Below, piece after piece: positions 9,501-19,377 of a DNA stretch of 64,000 nt. The DNA is from a virus. A program made the position numbers and the translations under genes. The stretch's first letter is position 1. Each line of letters starts with the position of its first letter. Under the pieces are notes generated by a model that saw only the letters and a list, made by a program, of their open reading frames with translations, searched no databases and was not told the DNA's origin. The stretch covers positions 32,001-96,000 of IMG/VR virus record IMGVR_UViG_3300020274_000001; one strand, written 5' to 3'.

Positions 9501-11523
9501 AGTTACGAGCGACAACATCTCCGACTCTTAATTTAACAGACCCTTCTGGTCCAAACATTTCTCTACGCCTCTCCATGTTCTTTTCCCACTCAAACATCCA
9601 TTCTTCTCGCTTCATTTTTTTAGCGAAATCTACGGTGCTATTTTCGTCTGGCTTAGGTATAGTCTTCTTGTGCTCTACCCATTCTTCGCCGATGGCCCCC
9701 CATCTTCCGTTGTTCCAGAGAGGGGTATCATCAAGTTTCCACCTTCTGACTTCCTTGAGTCCGAATGGTTCAATCCACATCGCTCCCGGATATCTTTGCT
9801 TTACAATATCTCCGAGAGACCAATTGTGTGTAATTGACCGCTTTTCAGAAGGCACCCCTCTAATGACGAGTTCTGTTAATTGGTCTATGTTTTCTTCCGT
9901 TACCTTCACTCTCACATACGTGTTCATACACGCCGCAGTAGGCACTCCAACTTCGTTAATCGAAAGGTCTCCGTTAGCCGTAATTACCGACCGTATGACA
10001 TTGTTAACCACTTTGGAGTTCATCCTTCTCCGAAAGATGGTTTTCTTGCTTCCATATCCCGACACCGTATCGAGGATACCGGCCCTAATTGTCCGCTTTT
10101 CTCGCCCTGCTTTCGTGCGGACCATCTTGGCTCTGAACATACCAATGCTGGCGTTCTGATTGTAGAAGCAATGGGCGACGGAACGGAACAAGTCGCCCAC
10201 CATACGGGTTTGAATTTGACCGGGGTCGTAAGCACGTTGTTTCGCTTGCTTAATCTGATTATTGACACGGACAACTTGCGAATACATCATAGTGAGGTCG
10301 TTCTCCATCGGTCTACCTGTCTTGAAGTCTTCTTGCATTGGTCGCATAGTATTGGGCGCAACCGGCAGAACCTTCATCATCATGTATTCGGGACGCATAG
10401 TAGGGGCGTCAAAGCCCATCATACGAGCATTTTCGTCTGTAATCGACTGTAATAGAATATACACGTTAGAGTAAGGATAGAATCGGGGCCCAACCTTCTT
10501 CTTTAGTGCTGGTTGTAAAAGGAACATTCTTTGTCTTATGTTCCATGTTACTAACGGTGAATCTTTCTCACAATGAGGGCAAATAAGAACGCCTCTATTG
10601 GAATCCCTATTCTTTTCTTTCCTAATCGCTGTATTGATTAAGTTACGAATCCTACCCACGCCGCTTGGGTTCTTGGATATTCGGTGAATCCTCTCTATTT
10701 TCGGTGATAACTCATCATACCTTTCATCAGATATTGGAATCTTGAAACAATGGTGGCAGAACATGTTCAAGACGGAATCAAATGAATTCGGATTGGAGGC
10801 TATTGCGAACAAAACATGGGGAACAGGTTCAGCGAGTTCGATGTGTCCAAAGTGACCGGGGCAGTAGGGTGGGTTGTCGAGTAAGCCCTCACATGTTTGA
10901 CATTGTCCACTTCTTTCACTTGCCCCAAGTCTGCCGTCTACTGGACCATTCATTACGGGAGTAGGTTGTCGAGTCTGTGTTATTGTAGTGTGATTGTTTA
11001 CCTGTAATACAGACATCGCTCGTATATCTTCTGGAGACATCATATTCATTCCTACACGACGAATTACCTTCTCGTCGGTGGTCACTACCGTATCTTTCAC
11101 ATTTACTTTCGCTGTGAATCGAATAGGGGTTGAAACATATACTCCTCGCATACCCATGTCATCGAATTCATCTGGATATTGCTCGGATAAGTCATACACA
11201 TCTTCTGTTTCATAGAAGGTAGCCGGGATTGTAGGAACAACCCCTTCTTCGTCGGGGGTATCATCAAATGTTCCTACATTAACTTGACCTACGAGATAAT
11301 TAATTTTACTCGACCGTAATCCTTCTGCGTCAGGATGCATGTAAAAATATGCAATGGCGGCTGTTTCTCTGTCTGGTAGAAACCTTCGGTCTCCCCCAGA
11401 AATATCAATATCTGCTACTGTAATTTCCTTTCCGTTTTCCAACAACTCTGACCTAAGTTGGTCTTTACGGAAGAACCAATAGAATGAGGTAACTTTGAAT
11501 GGCCCTTCTTGTTCTTCATCCAT
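6529..11523 (-). CDS. rpo1: DNA-directed RNA polymerase largest subunit, fused A'+A'' (Rpo1/Rpb1-like)
   Basis: CPGHFGHIELAEP, RQPSLH, catalytic NADYDGD, bridge helix (SGYLANR), PGEAIG..AEPATQ..LRTFH. Confidence 0.95.
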   Translation of the reverse strand: MDEEQEGPFKVTSFYWFFRKDQLRSELLENGKEITVADIDISGGDRRFLPDRETAAIAYFYMHPDAEGLRSSKINYLVGQVNVGTFDDTPDEEGVVPTIPATFYETEDVYDLSEQYPDEFDDMGMRGVYVSTPIRFTAKVNVKDTVVTTDEKVIRRVGMNMMSPEDIRAMSVLQVNNHTTITQTRQPTPVMNGPVDGRLGASERSGQCQTCEGLLDNPPYCPGHFGHIELAEPVPHVLFAIASNPNSFDSVLNMFCHHCFKIPISDERYDELSPKIERIHRISKNPSGVGRIRNLINTAIRKEKNRDSNRGVLICPHCEKDSPLVTWNIRQRMFLLQPALKKKVGPRFYPYSNVYILLQSITDENARMMGFDAPTMRPEYMMMKVLPVAPNTMRPMQEDFKTGRPMENDLTMMYSQVVRVNNQIKQAKQRAYDPGQIQTRMVGDLFRSVAHCFYNQNASIGMFRAKMVRTKAGREKRTIRAGILDTVSGYGSKKTIFRRRMNSKVVNNVIRSVITANGDLSINEVGVPTAACMNTYVRVKVTEENIDQLTELVIRGVPSEKRSITHNWSLGDIVKQRYPGAMWIEPFGLKEVRRWKLDDTPLWNNGRWGAIGEEWVEHKKTIPKPDENSTVDFAKKMKREEWMFEWEKNMERRREMFGPEGSVKLRVGDVVARNLLPGDYVLFGRQPSLHRQSLNGLRVVPLDQHSISFNPAICVPFNADYDGDQMNIYVPGSEEAMNEIRDKLQLRDNMLHHRMGKLVIGTDHDQTSGVYLLTMKHKSKANTFNESIGVGFDSDGVVYFSKKSMLELFSKVYHKDGSLLPDGDARIQYIEDIGKPDVKGKYYSGYRCISLLLPDGINAKFKSGILYKEDGSMVLNDKGKPEKDTTVIIDGEMITGTLDKTFAGKEKGTIAPAFYYRFGYEEGGKQMQKFIDMLCRLGFAAHHAVGYSMGVADCGLPMEYYEDIRAGYDTTSEVCKQINIDFANYNLQRYVDSDKWLSPDYSKSEKQQILDKNPYQFRQMLIYEAQAPWEDGVAMAVSQIAGADNAMEIAVRSGGRGKELNIQQMGAAYGQVRISGVLPVRGFQSKGWTSYKNYQENEDGEMAPQEIIQHTTILPRNFSHYPLSGYDIEHPIHNGYTRNSYYTGMEPHEYFMASVAGRRSDMESSSGALQDSGYLANRVRRALESLVVDKDGKTIDLKDNSVISFRAGGDGFRPYSAKMVHRFPDGQVKEDFTVSGPDEDFTIELQPYFFDFTCKHKVPLGMDCDECVKGSAHIEFFEDEISKKHDLNKLISAVKHVLSKREVMKPMVKTMVDKLLWWIEENKVKPGEAIGSTAAGCLAEPATQGSLRTFHAGGKGQGTSVDRLDQIVQCSDQSDPGKQVFTYVTLKPEYWNEEDADRIADWCSVQFIGDILDVVDYDVENGLCIFYVDRKKARDKSIDLEFAMRQVRRVFRDLQSSPDGELRAEIGEGDNFVIKVNSTSARAMLNMRDYISLVQVSGLPQGGSTYITRKDGKYGLQIDSAHEQVWDGLVRLLGDYVDVDSIWCDNPKTVEKFLGIEAAQACVADQLNYQMNASSGIGDYDYRYVTTIAEAISAKGKLIGLGPGSGNIGTNSVNTFDSMAMEDVKKQLRGGVVIGNVSDMRSVTGSTIAGRAPLVGQELLKYTE

Positions 11524-12361
11524 GTCTACACCGCACCTTGAATTTCAATTGGCGGGTGATACGATGGTTTTGCGTTCCCTCTTTTGCGAATGCTGGCCTG
11601 TCAACATCAGCAAAAAGAAGTCCCGTGAGGTCTACGACCTGTCCCGCCGGAACATAGTCGTAACCCTTTCTGTTGACGTTTCGGCGAACACGCTCTTTTC
11701 CGCTACCTACTTTGTCATAAAGGGCCTCATCTGTCGCAAACCATTCTACTACCAGAGGTCTGGCCGAATAGATTTGCGGGACCATAGTGAATCTCATTTG
11801 ATAATTGGCCTGCTTTAGCATGCCGTCAAAGTATCCTTCTTCTATATCTGAAGTTACTTCGATTGTCCATACTCTGTTTTTTTCTCCATCAGATTTAATA
11901 TCGAATATATCCGAAATAGGTATATGTGTTCCTTGACGGAGGTTAGTTTTGATACTGTTACCAAAGTTAACTATGGCGAAAGGCTTTCCGCCTTGTTGTA
12001 ATTTTACATTGTTTCCATACTCTCCGAGTTTAGACCACGGAGCATCTCCGGGCACAACATTCCGAGAATCGGATAGCATTGCTTTCTGCATTGCGTTGCC
12101 AAAGTTAGCGACACGTATATTCGGCTTATATCCTTGACAAAACCAATTAGTATGAACCTTGACTAACCGTCTCGTTTTCTTTTCCCATAAAACACAACCC
12201 CCATACTGTCCTTTACCGACAGGTTTGTAGAATTTACAGGTCCCACACTTCTTTTTATCGTTGGGTGCTATGGTTTCTATTTTAGTCCCGCGAATAGACT
12301 TCAAGGCGGCGGCAATGGTGGGAGTTGGAACCATCCCTAACCCACGCTTGTAGAAGTCCAT
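11516..12361 (-). CDS. Hypothetical protein with Cys-rich N-terminal motif
   Basis: 281-aa ORF, CGTCKF..C..WFC. Confidence 0.65.
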   Translation of the reverse strand: MDFYKRGLGMVPTPTIAAALKSIRGTKIETIAPNDKKKCGTCKFYKPVGKGQYGGCVLWEKKTRRLVKVHTNWFCQGYKPNIRVANFGNAMQKAMLSDSRNVVPGDAPWSKLGEYGNNVKLQQGGKPFAIVNFGNSIKTNLRQGTHIPISDIFDIKSDGEKNRVWTIEVTSDIEEGYFDGMLKQANYQMRFTMVPQIYSARPLVVEWFATDEALYDKVGSGKERVRRNVNRKGYDYVPAGQVVDLTGLLFADVDRPAFAKEGTQNHRITRQLKFKVRCRHG

Positions 12362-12378
12362 CGATACACCCCAAGCGT

Positions 12379-12837
12379 TCAGTCATCATAAGGATAACCC
12401 GTAGAGCATACATATGCCAACTTATCTACGAACTCGTTTAGCGGTTCTCCGCTATGTCCTCTCACCCATTCGTATTCGGGTTCAGCAGGAAGGTCTCCCG
12501 AGATATTGTCTATCTTTTCCATGATTGGCTTCAAATTGGGAGACTGTATGTCATATTCTCCTCGTAGTCCTTTAACAGATACTTCACTATCCGAATATAC
12601 TACGAGAGACATGACCTCTCCCTCAATCTTTTCGGTAACTTCCTCTAAGCACCGCATGATAGCGTAAAGTTCGGCATAATTGCTGGTCTGGGTGCCTATG
12701 AACTCTGCTCCGCAGAACAATATGTCGTTACCATCTGTGACGGCGTAAGCAATTCCGCAGTCTCCTCGGCCACTGTTCTTTCTCTTGATTGTTGAACCGT
12801 CTGTCCAACATTCAAGTATCACATCAGTCATTGACAA
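12379..12837 (-). CDS. rnhA: Ribonuclease HI
   Basis: WTDGS, TSNYAELYA, VYSDS, WVRGHSGEPLNEFVDKLA. Confidence 0.92.
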   Translation of the reverse strand: MSMTDVILECWTDGSTIKRKNSGRGDCGIAYAVTDGNDILFCGAEFIGTQTSNYAELYAIMRCLEEVTEKIEGEVMSLVVYSDSEVSVKGLRGEYDIQSPNLKPIMEKIDNISGDLPAEPEYEWVRGHSGEPLNEFVDKLAYVCSTGYPYDD

Positions 12838-13075
12838 TCAGCCTCCATGTGAGTAATTTGCCACTCACAAGGTCATCTCTTTCAATCTGAACGATGTCTC
12901 CAACTTCCATGTCTTGTCCTTCTGCTCTCATGCGAACCAGCACGGCATCACTGAACAGAATGCGAGGCATTCTTTCGATGTCGTCTACTTTTTGTTGTTT
13001 GAGTATGAGGTTGCCTTGTGCTTTAGTTAAAACTTTGTGAATGGGGACTCTGCGGTGCTTTAGTGGGTCTGCCAT
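12824..13075 (-). CDS. rpo5: RNA polymerase subunit Rpo5 (RpoH/Rpb5 C-terminal domain)
   Basis: H.RVPIHKVL..MPRILFSD..GDIVQIER..G...WRLIV. Confidence 0.85.
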   Translation of the reverse strand: MADPLKHRRVPIHKVLTKAQGNLILKQQKVDDIERMPRILFSDAVLVRMRAEGQDMEVGDIVQIERDDLVSGKLLTWRLIVND

Positions 13076-13248
13076 GGTTCGGGGACGTTGTTGTCAGACA
13101 TATCCCTTTCCCGAGATAGGCGTATCCACCCCGCTACACCCATGAACACAGATAACAAGAATAATCCGACAAAAAATAGACTAATACCGTCTATCCACAC
13201 ACCCAGAAAGACGGTAAGCAAACCAAGAAAGCAACAAATGACGTCAAC
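13060..13248 (-). CDS. Small membrane protein (start approximate)
   Basis: Two hydrophobic segments. Confidence 0.4.
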   Translation of the reverse strand, partial: VDVICCFLGLLTVFLGVWIDGISLFFVGLFLLSVFMGVAGWIRLSRERDMSDNNVPEPWQTH

Positions 13249-13288
13249 TACGCCCAACCCGAAGTTGCTTTCTTCTCTTGAGAGTAAA

Positions 13289-13798
13289 TCATTCCCAATC
13301 GTCATCCCAATCATCGTCGTCGTCATCGTCGTCGTCTGAAGTGTCGTTCCCTTTGCTCATTAGAGAGTTTAATCCCCATTCGTCATCAGAATTTTCAGAT
13401 TCTTCTTTCTCTTCGGGTTCTTCCTCTGGTTCTTCCTCTGGTTCTTCCTCTGGTTCTTCTTCGTCATCATCTAAAGAATCCCAATCGACATCATCATCTT
13501 CGTCCCAATCTTCGTCTTCGTCTTCGTCTAAGGAGTCCCAATCTGCGTCATCCCACTCTGGGTCCCACTCTTCTTCCTCTGGTTCTTCTTTCGCCTTTTT
13601 CTTAGAAAGAGTCTTCTTTTTGGTAGCAGGCTTCTTGGTAGAAGGTGCATTATCGGACAAATCGACGCTTTTGAGCGTGATTGAGTCGTTCTTCTTGAGT
13701 GCGAGGCTTGGTTCTAACCAACCCGATAATTTATTCTTCACTGACTCAAGGTTCTTGCCTTTAATTGATACCGTTATGTCGAAATCGAATTCCTTCAT
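13289..13798 (-). CDS. Protein with extremely acidic Trp-punctuated C-terminus
   Basis: D/E-rich tail with EEPE repeats. Confidence 0.7.
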   Translation of the reverse strand: MKEFDFDITVSIKGKNLESVKNKLSGWLEPSLALKKNDSITLKSVDLSDNAPSTKKPATKKKTLSKKKAKEEPEEEEWDPEWDDADWDSLDEDEDEDWDEDDDVDWDSLDDDEEEPEEEPEEEPEEEPEEKEESENSDDEWGLNSLMSKGNDTSDDDDDDDDDWDDDWE

Positions 13799-13894
13799 GG
13801 ACGTGGCAGGTTAATATTGGACATAAAGAATGCGGTCAATCTCTATTTCTCATAAAAAGTAACAGTTATAGGTGAAACCGTCTTGGACTTATCA

Positions 13895-14053
13895 ATGGCG
13901 AACAATGATTCATCGGTCGAAGACGCCTTTACCACTATCCGAATTCGCCGTTTTGACCATGACCGATTGAGTAACTTGCGCCGGCCAAGAGAATCTTGGT
14001 GGGAAGTTGTGCGACGTTTACTTGACGCACACGACTTGGATAAAGGTGAATAG
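13895..14053 (+). CDS. Small ribbon-helix-helix-like protein
   Basis: Manual translation TTIRIRRFDHDRLSNLRRPRESWWEVVRRLLD. Confidence 0.55.
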   Translation: MANNDSSVEDAFTTIRIRRFDHDRLSNLRRPRESWWEVVRRLLDAHDLDKGE

Positions 14054-14054
14054 T

Positions 14055-14444
14055 GTGCCCAAAGGTGACAGGAAAGTAAATCAAATCAAATCAGCGTTTC
14101 TTGATATTCAAATCAAAAACGACGTAAACGAAGTATCCATTAGGGCTGTGGAAACGTGGCTCAATTGCAACACCAAGGATGGAATGTCCTTGATGAAGTT
14201 AGCAAATCTTCTTTCAAAGCGACCATCATTCAAGATGGTTCGCAGAGAACGCAAGCGTGGGACTACTGAAACCGAGTCTTTCTGGACTATGCCAGAGAAC
14301 ATGAGTGGCCCATATGGTAAGACGGCGACCAGAGACGGGTGGGTAGTAGACCGAGGACACTGTGCAAAGTGTGACCAATTCCTACAATTGAACCAAGAAG
14401 CCCTCTGTGACAACTGCTACATCTACTCTACAAGGCTTGCATGA
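14055..14444 (+). CDS. DUF3860-like winged-helix protein with C-terminal Zn ribbon
   Basis: MSLMKLANLLSK..F...W pattern; CAKC..CDNC. Confidence 0.55.
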   Translation: MPKGDRKVNQIKSAFLDIQIKNDVNEVSIRAVETWLNCNTKDGMSLMKLANLLSKRPSFKMVRRERKRGTTETESFWTMPENMSGPYGKTATRDGWVVDRGHCAKCDQFLQLNQEALCDNCYIYSTRLA

Positions 14445-14462
14445 TACACCACATATGTAGGC

Positions 14463-14492
14463 CACGCACACTCATATAATGAAGGAGGAGAG
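14463..14492 (+). promoter_or_regulatory. Conserved promoter-like repeat, copy 1
   Basis: CACGCACACTCATATAATGAAGGAGGAGAG identical at 14463, 15800, 23553. Confidence 0.7.
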
Positions 14493-15003
14493 ACTACAAT
14501 CTCTCAACTAATTGATTGTAAATCTTGGAAGAACCAAGTGCGCGTCTCTCTCCTTCACAGACCAAGGCAGGTTCTTTTGAGCCTGCTGTCCTCTTGTGGC
14601 CTAACCTTCGGGTTTATCAGTGCCACTTGAGGAATCGCAAAAGTCCTACCCCTCCAAGGGTAGGCGAAAAAAAAATCTCCTAAAAGTAATGGAGATTACT
14701 GTAACGAGGTGGTAGAATGGTCGAGAGGCCGGGGGCCGGCCAGTGGAAACACTGCACGGAACGCCACAATTAGCAATACATTCCTGAGAAACAGGACTGC
14801 GACTACGAACCACATTTAATTGTGGCATCCCGTAAGGGATGAAGAAGAATGTGCTTGTGCTCACGCAAAGGTGTCGTCCCGGGTCATGCCGGCGATACTG
14901 ACACAAGAGGAAACTCGCGGAAGTTATAGTAATTATTGATATTACTCGTGGTTTAGCAACCACATAGAAACTTGGGGTGGCTCCCCTTAGCAAAAAGCCA
15001 TAG

Positions 15004-15129
15004 ATGAACGTTCAAGACCTACTTGACAACCCGATGGTTGAGAAGCATATATTTCTCGACTTTGACGGTAACATCGTATGCCGCTTTGAGCATCCGGAAT
15101 TCATTTTCGAGATGACTCAAGAAGCATAA
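15004..15129 (+). CDS. Small hypothetical protein (41 aa)
   Basis: ATG directly after hairpin-ATAG signal. Confidence 0.5.
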   Translation: MNVQDLLDNPMVEKHIFLDFDGNIVCRFEHPEFIFEMTQEA

Positions 15130-15149
15130 CTTGGCCCAATGGGTCACAG

Positions 15150-15431
15150 ATGTCGTTTAATTACGCATTTATCAAAGCAGACACCAAGGCGGAAGTCCTT
15201 GAGGCAGTTTCAAACTTGCCTCATGAACCGAAGCAAGCGGTTTCTGGAACACAGGCCCATGGCCTGTCATTCAGCGGTCCTGCCGCTGATGAGAGAACAA
15301 CCATATGGTATGACTTGGCTAACCCCCAATACTCCATAATGTTCATCCGAACATTTGTCGACGAAAACGACTATGATGGTAGAGAAATCGACCCATCAGA
15401 GTGGGCGTCGACTATGGAAAGACTCTCATGA
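15150..15431 (+). CDS. Hypothetical protein
   Basis: GGCCC-AAT-GGGTC-ACA-G-ATG start. Confidence 0.65.
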   Translation: MSFNYAFIKADTKAEVLEAVSNLPHEPKQAVSGTQAHGLSFSGPAADERTTIWYDLANPQYSIMFIRTFVDENDYDGREIDPSEWASTMERLS

Positions 15432-15799
15432 TGACCCAATGGGTCACAGATTAGAGCACAAACAGACTGTTGTGGAGGTAGAGAACTGTCTCTGCCCAAA
15501 CGACAGGTGCGTTGACAATCCCTTAGACACGGTTCGGTGGTGCTAAGGAGTATATGAACCGAATAGGAATACAGTGATACAGAAGACCTATGTCACATCT
15601 GCCGGCGAGGCAGAGTAATCCGAAATTCGTCTTCGGTGATGTGTAGAACATATTTTAAGTCCAAAAGACCGAGAATATGTAATACACAAGGTAGGGATGG
15701 GAGTTCGAATATTAGATTTGAACATATATTTGCAAATATATGTGCCAAAAATAGTATTCGAACGTAGTAAATAGAGATGTGTGCATCACATATGTGACT

Positions 15800-15829
15800 C
15801 ACGCACACTCATATAATGAAGGAGGAGAG
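15800..15829 (+). promoter_or_regulatory. Conserved promoter-like repeat, copy 2
   Basis: Identical 30-mer. Confidence 0.7.
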
Positions 15830-16435
15830 GGGAGTATCCTAAAAGGACCCCTCAGAGACAACCAACTCCTTCACAGACGCCTAACCGGTCTTGTTTTGTC
15901 GTAAAAAACAATAAGAAGAACGGTAAACAGAAAGAGAGGGATAGAGGGTCCCTCACAGATTGGGCAGGGAAAGACATCTTGTTGATACTGTCTGTGTTTG
16001 CAAAGATTCTGCATTTATGTAGAATCTGCGTAAACTGCATTTAATTGCAAGCAGGCAGAGGAGAGATGGACGGAACTGTCCGAACACATACAACACAGAA
16101 AAGTTGTAACAGTAAAGCCGATGGTCACTTTGAGAAATCAACGTGACTGTCGGCTATTTTTTATGGCCCCATTGGGGTCTTAGGTTGGGATGAGCCATGT
16201 AAGCGGAACTCAAGATATGTCCATGAGAGACCTCTGTTGAGAATTAAAAAACTCACTTGCTAAATCATCCTCAGATTTGTGGGGGAACCCACATATCACA
16301 AGGAGGTGAAACCTTGAATTTATAATACACAACTTTGCGCAATTAGGAACCGATGATGGAGGGTGGATGCCCGTTGATGTCATTGTGCGGTGTAGCAAAG
16401 TGGGCCCCGTTAGAACATGCCGCCGCGGGCCACAG

Positions 16436-16711
16436 ATGAATATCTGCATCCTTTATGCTGATAATCGTCATGTCGATAACATCGACATGTTGTTTCTCTC
16501 AATGAGAGAAAGCCCTGCACGAATCATCGTGCACGAAAATGGCGTTGAGAACGTTGGACTAATTCAGTCCATTCAACGCGAGGACGGCTCTGGGCGGTCG
16601 TTCAATGTCACCGTTTTGGTTGGCGACGAATACCACACGTATTACGTCGGAGAGTATGAAAATAATCCTACTCGACCACGACGAGGAATCAGAGTATTTG
16701 ATTCCGAGTGA
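16436..16711 (+). CDS. Hypothetical protein
   Basis: ATG after GGGCC-ACA-G. Confidence 0.6.
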   Translation: MNICILYADNRHVDNIDMLFLSMRESPARIIVHENGVENVGLIQSIQREDGSGRSFNVTVLVGDEYHTYYVGEYENNPTRPRRGIRVFDSE

Positions 16712-16942
16712 CGGAGCCTATGGTTCCACAGATAAACATGCCAACTATTTCTAAAGTAGTCGGTCACGTCAACGGCACTCCTATATGGGCCGATGTAGAG
16801 ATTAACACCCTTTACACCTGCTCTGACTGCCAGCGTGGTCGATGCAAGATATCGCATGAAGACCAAGTTTGAATCTCATTTCAGACTAATCTTCGACGAA
16901 GTTAATGACTTCACAGAAACAATAGTTTCAGGATTGATAAAT

Positions 16943-17236
16943 ATGAACAAAAATAAGAAATCAAACAAAGCAAGCAAAATATACACAAAAATGTTCTGGG
17001 GACCTTTGCGTCGACTCGAACTTGGGCAATATGCCATGGCTACCAGCCGTGCTATTCCTAAGCCACCCGTAGTCAACTCGAAGGCCAAGAAGGACCCAAC
17101 TGGAAGAGTATCATTCGAAATGATGGGAATCCGGTATGACCTAACTTGGGCCCAACTGCGTGACCATTACCCGTTTTATGCGAGTATGGTGGCGAGTAGT
17201 GTGCAATCGTTCGAGGAGAGGGCTCAAGCCCAATGA
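16943..17236 (+). CDS. Hypothetical basic protein (start uncertain)
   Basis: ORF track. Confidence 0.4.
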   Translation: MNKNKKSNKASKIYTKMFWGPLRRLELGQYAMATSRAIPKPPVVNSKAKKDPTGRVSFEMMGIRYDLTWAQLRDHYPFYASMVASSVQSFEERAQAQ

Positions 17237-18387
17237 CTCTCGGCACACACTGTTGCGTATAGAAAAACCAAGACCTCCAAAGGGGGCGAGTAGAACGACG
17301 ATTCCGTCTACTGGAGGTAAAAGTCAGTCAACAATACCTCTCGCATAACAGACCTTGCGTAAAGTTGACTTAGATTGGTCGTAATTGGTGATGTTAATCA
17401 TCAATTACGACAGTATGATGTTGGTCGTAATTGGTTAAAGTTAATGTAAGTCCCCTCTGAACTCAAGGGCATTCGACGCTCCCAATAGGCTGAGAACATC
17501 AAAAGGAGTGCGAATAATGGCAAGGTCTGAGACAAACTCAAAAATCCTTCGCTATTGAAAAGGTCGCACAGATTATGAGTTGGAGGGCACTCGTATATCA
17601 CACATTAACCGTGTTGTATTATTACAACACGGTTGATTTTTTGGGTTATTGTAACCCATAGAAAACCCATGAAGTGTAAAACTTGTGGGCGACGTATGTC
17701 GAAGAGAACCAACTACCCGTTTGGTCGCTCAAACAAACCTATGCGTAACAAGCGCAGAGAGTCTGTTAAGCGAAACAGCGGTGGGGTTACCTCGATAACT
17801 TGCCAATACTGTGCTTACCGTAAAGAGTAAGCCAATTTGGTAAGTGGCCGCTGAAAGGCGGGTCGCGGGCGGTGACCGAACACCAAGGTGACTTTACCTA
17901 ATGTGCCTCGAACATTAAACTAAGTGAAGCAAGAATCTATTGAAAAACCAACTATGGCCCAACGTCTATGACCGAGGAGAACCACTGGTGGCGAGTAATT
18001 AGGTAGTAATGCATATATTAAACAAAAAAAAGGCCCCAAAGGGCCCCAGAATGGCTAATGACTTTGTTATTGACCACGAGACCAATACCGCTTGGATGTG
18101 GGCCACCACAACCCAAGAAATGGTCGAAATGACAATGCTCCTTATGGGGAACATTGTTGCTGGAGGGTTCCGTCTGGAACAACATATCCAGCCAAACAGA
18201 CCGGATAATATGCCGGTTTGATAAGGCCCCATGGGCCACAGATGTCAGAATGACTATCGTTCTACGAATGCAAATCTTACCCGAGTGCGTTCAACATATA
18301 CACGTGTTATGTTCTCGAAGGCCCATGTGGTCGGTAGAGGTAGAATATTGAGGGTGAATAAATGAAGTCAATGACTTCGCAGAAACC

Positions 18388-18624
18388 ATGCAACTTAATT
18401 TTGCAAATGGATGGGGAGTATCCATCGTCGACTTCGGTTACGGAGCCGAGGAAGGACTTTCCGAATTGGCCGTCTTGAAAGACGGTAGACTGCACTACGA
18501 AAACCCCGTTGCTCGGGGCGACGTTCGCGGTTGGCTTACCGATGACGATGTGGGTAAACTCACATCCGAGGTTGAGTCTTGGTCTTCGGACCAAACTTTT
18601 CCCGAATGGGAAGAGGAAGAATGA
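18388..18624 (+). CDS. Hypothetical protein, tandem paralog 1
   Basis: LNFANGWGV...QTFP shared with next ORF. Confidence 0.7.
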   Translation: MQLNFANGWGVSIVDFGYGAEEGLSELAVLKDGRLHYENPVARGDVRGWLTDDDVGKLTSEVESWSSDQTFPEWEEEE

Positions 18625-18639
18625 CCTAATGGGTCTCAG

Positions 18640-18909
18640 ATGCAAGAAATAATTGATTTTACTTCATCTCTTTATTTTGGAGATGAAGAAAAACTGAATT
18701 TTGCAAATGGTTGGGGAGTCTGCGTCGGCCTGATGATGGCTGGTTGTGGACAGCGGCTCTTCCGCTTGACCGTCCTGAAGAATGGTGACCCATACTTCAA
18801 CGACGACAGAGAATGGAGATGGCTTAAGGAGGCAGATGTCGCAAGACTGTCTGCCATCGTCAAGTCATGGACACCTAACCAAACTTTCCCCGGAGGGGAA
18901 GAAGAATGA
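18640..18909 (+). CDS. Hypothetical protein, tandem paralog 2
   Basis: LNFANGWGV...QTFP. Confidence 0.7.
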   Translation: MQEIIDFTSSLYFGDEEKLNFANGWGVCVGLMMAGCGQRLFRLTVLKNGDPYFNDDREWRWLKEADVARLSAIVKSWTPNQTFPGGEEE

Positions 18910-18924
18910 CCTAATGGGTCGCAG

Positions 18925-19101
18925 ATGGAAGAAATTCCACTATTTTTTTTGGACAGAAAGCACCTCTGGGTGGATAAGGACCTCAAGCCTACTGACGAGT
19001 GGGAACGAGCCGAATTCATCATGGAAGGGTCACTTCCAGTTCGAATTGCGAAACCCGGCTCTTTTGGAGCATGGGTTCACGAACTCCGCAAGACGGAGTA
19101 A
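18925..19101 (+). CDS. Small hypothetical protein
   Basis: Bounded by hairpin-NCAG signals. Confidence 0.5.
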   Translation: MEEIPLFFLDRKHLWVDKDLKPTDEWERAEFIMEGSLPVRIAKPGSFGAWVHELRKTE

Positions 19102-19118
19102 CCGGCCAATGGCCACAG

Positions 19119-19355
19119 ATGTATTCCAATACATATGGATTCAGCAGGAATCCCCCCATTTATAGGGGCATTCCCGGAGCAGGAAAAAGCGTTGCCGCTT
19201 TTGACTTGAGAAAACTTAACGAAATCGAAGTTACTGATTTTATTACAGAGTTCGAAAAAGCACTTTCGGGAATACAAGAAGAAAGAAAACTGATTGCCGC
19301 AGATAAAATCCGAAAGGCATTCCGTGCCTATATGGCGAGAACACGCGGAAAATGA
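19119..19355 (+). CDS. Hypothetical protein
   Basis: ATG after GGCC-AAT-GGCC-ACA-G. Confidence 0.55.
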   Translation: MYSNTYGFSRNPPIYRGIPGAGKSVAAFDLRKLNEIEVTDFITEFEKALSGIQEERKLIAADKIRKAFRAYMARTRGK

Positions 19356-19377
19356 CCCAATGGGTCGCAGAGTAAAC

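Noticed and set aside
14628-14995. RNase P RNA (GAGGAA..AAGTCC-like start)
   Set aside because: No matching 3' conserved region or P4 partner found.
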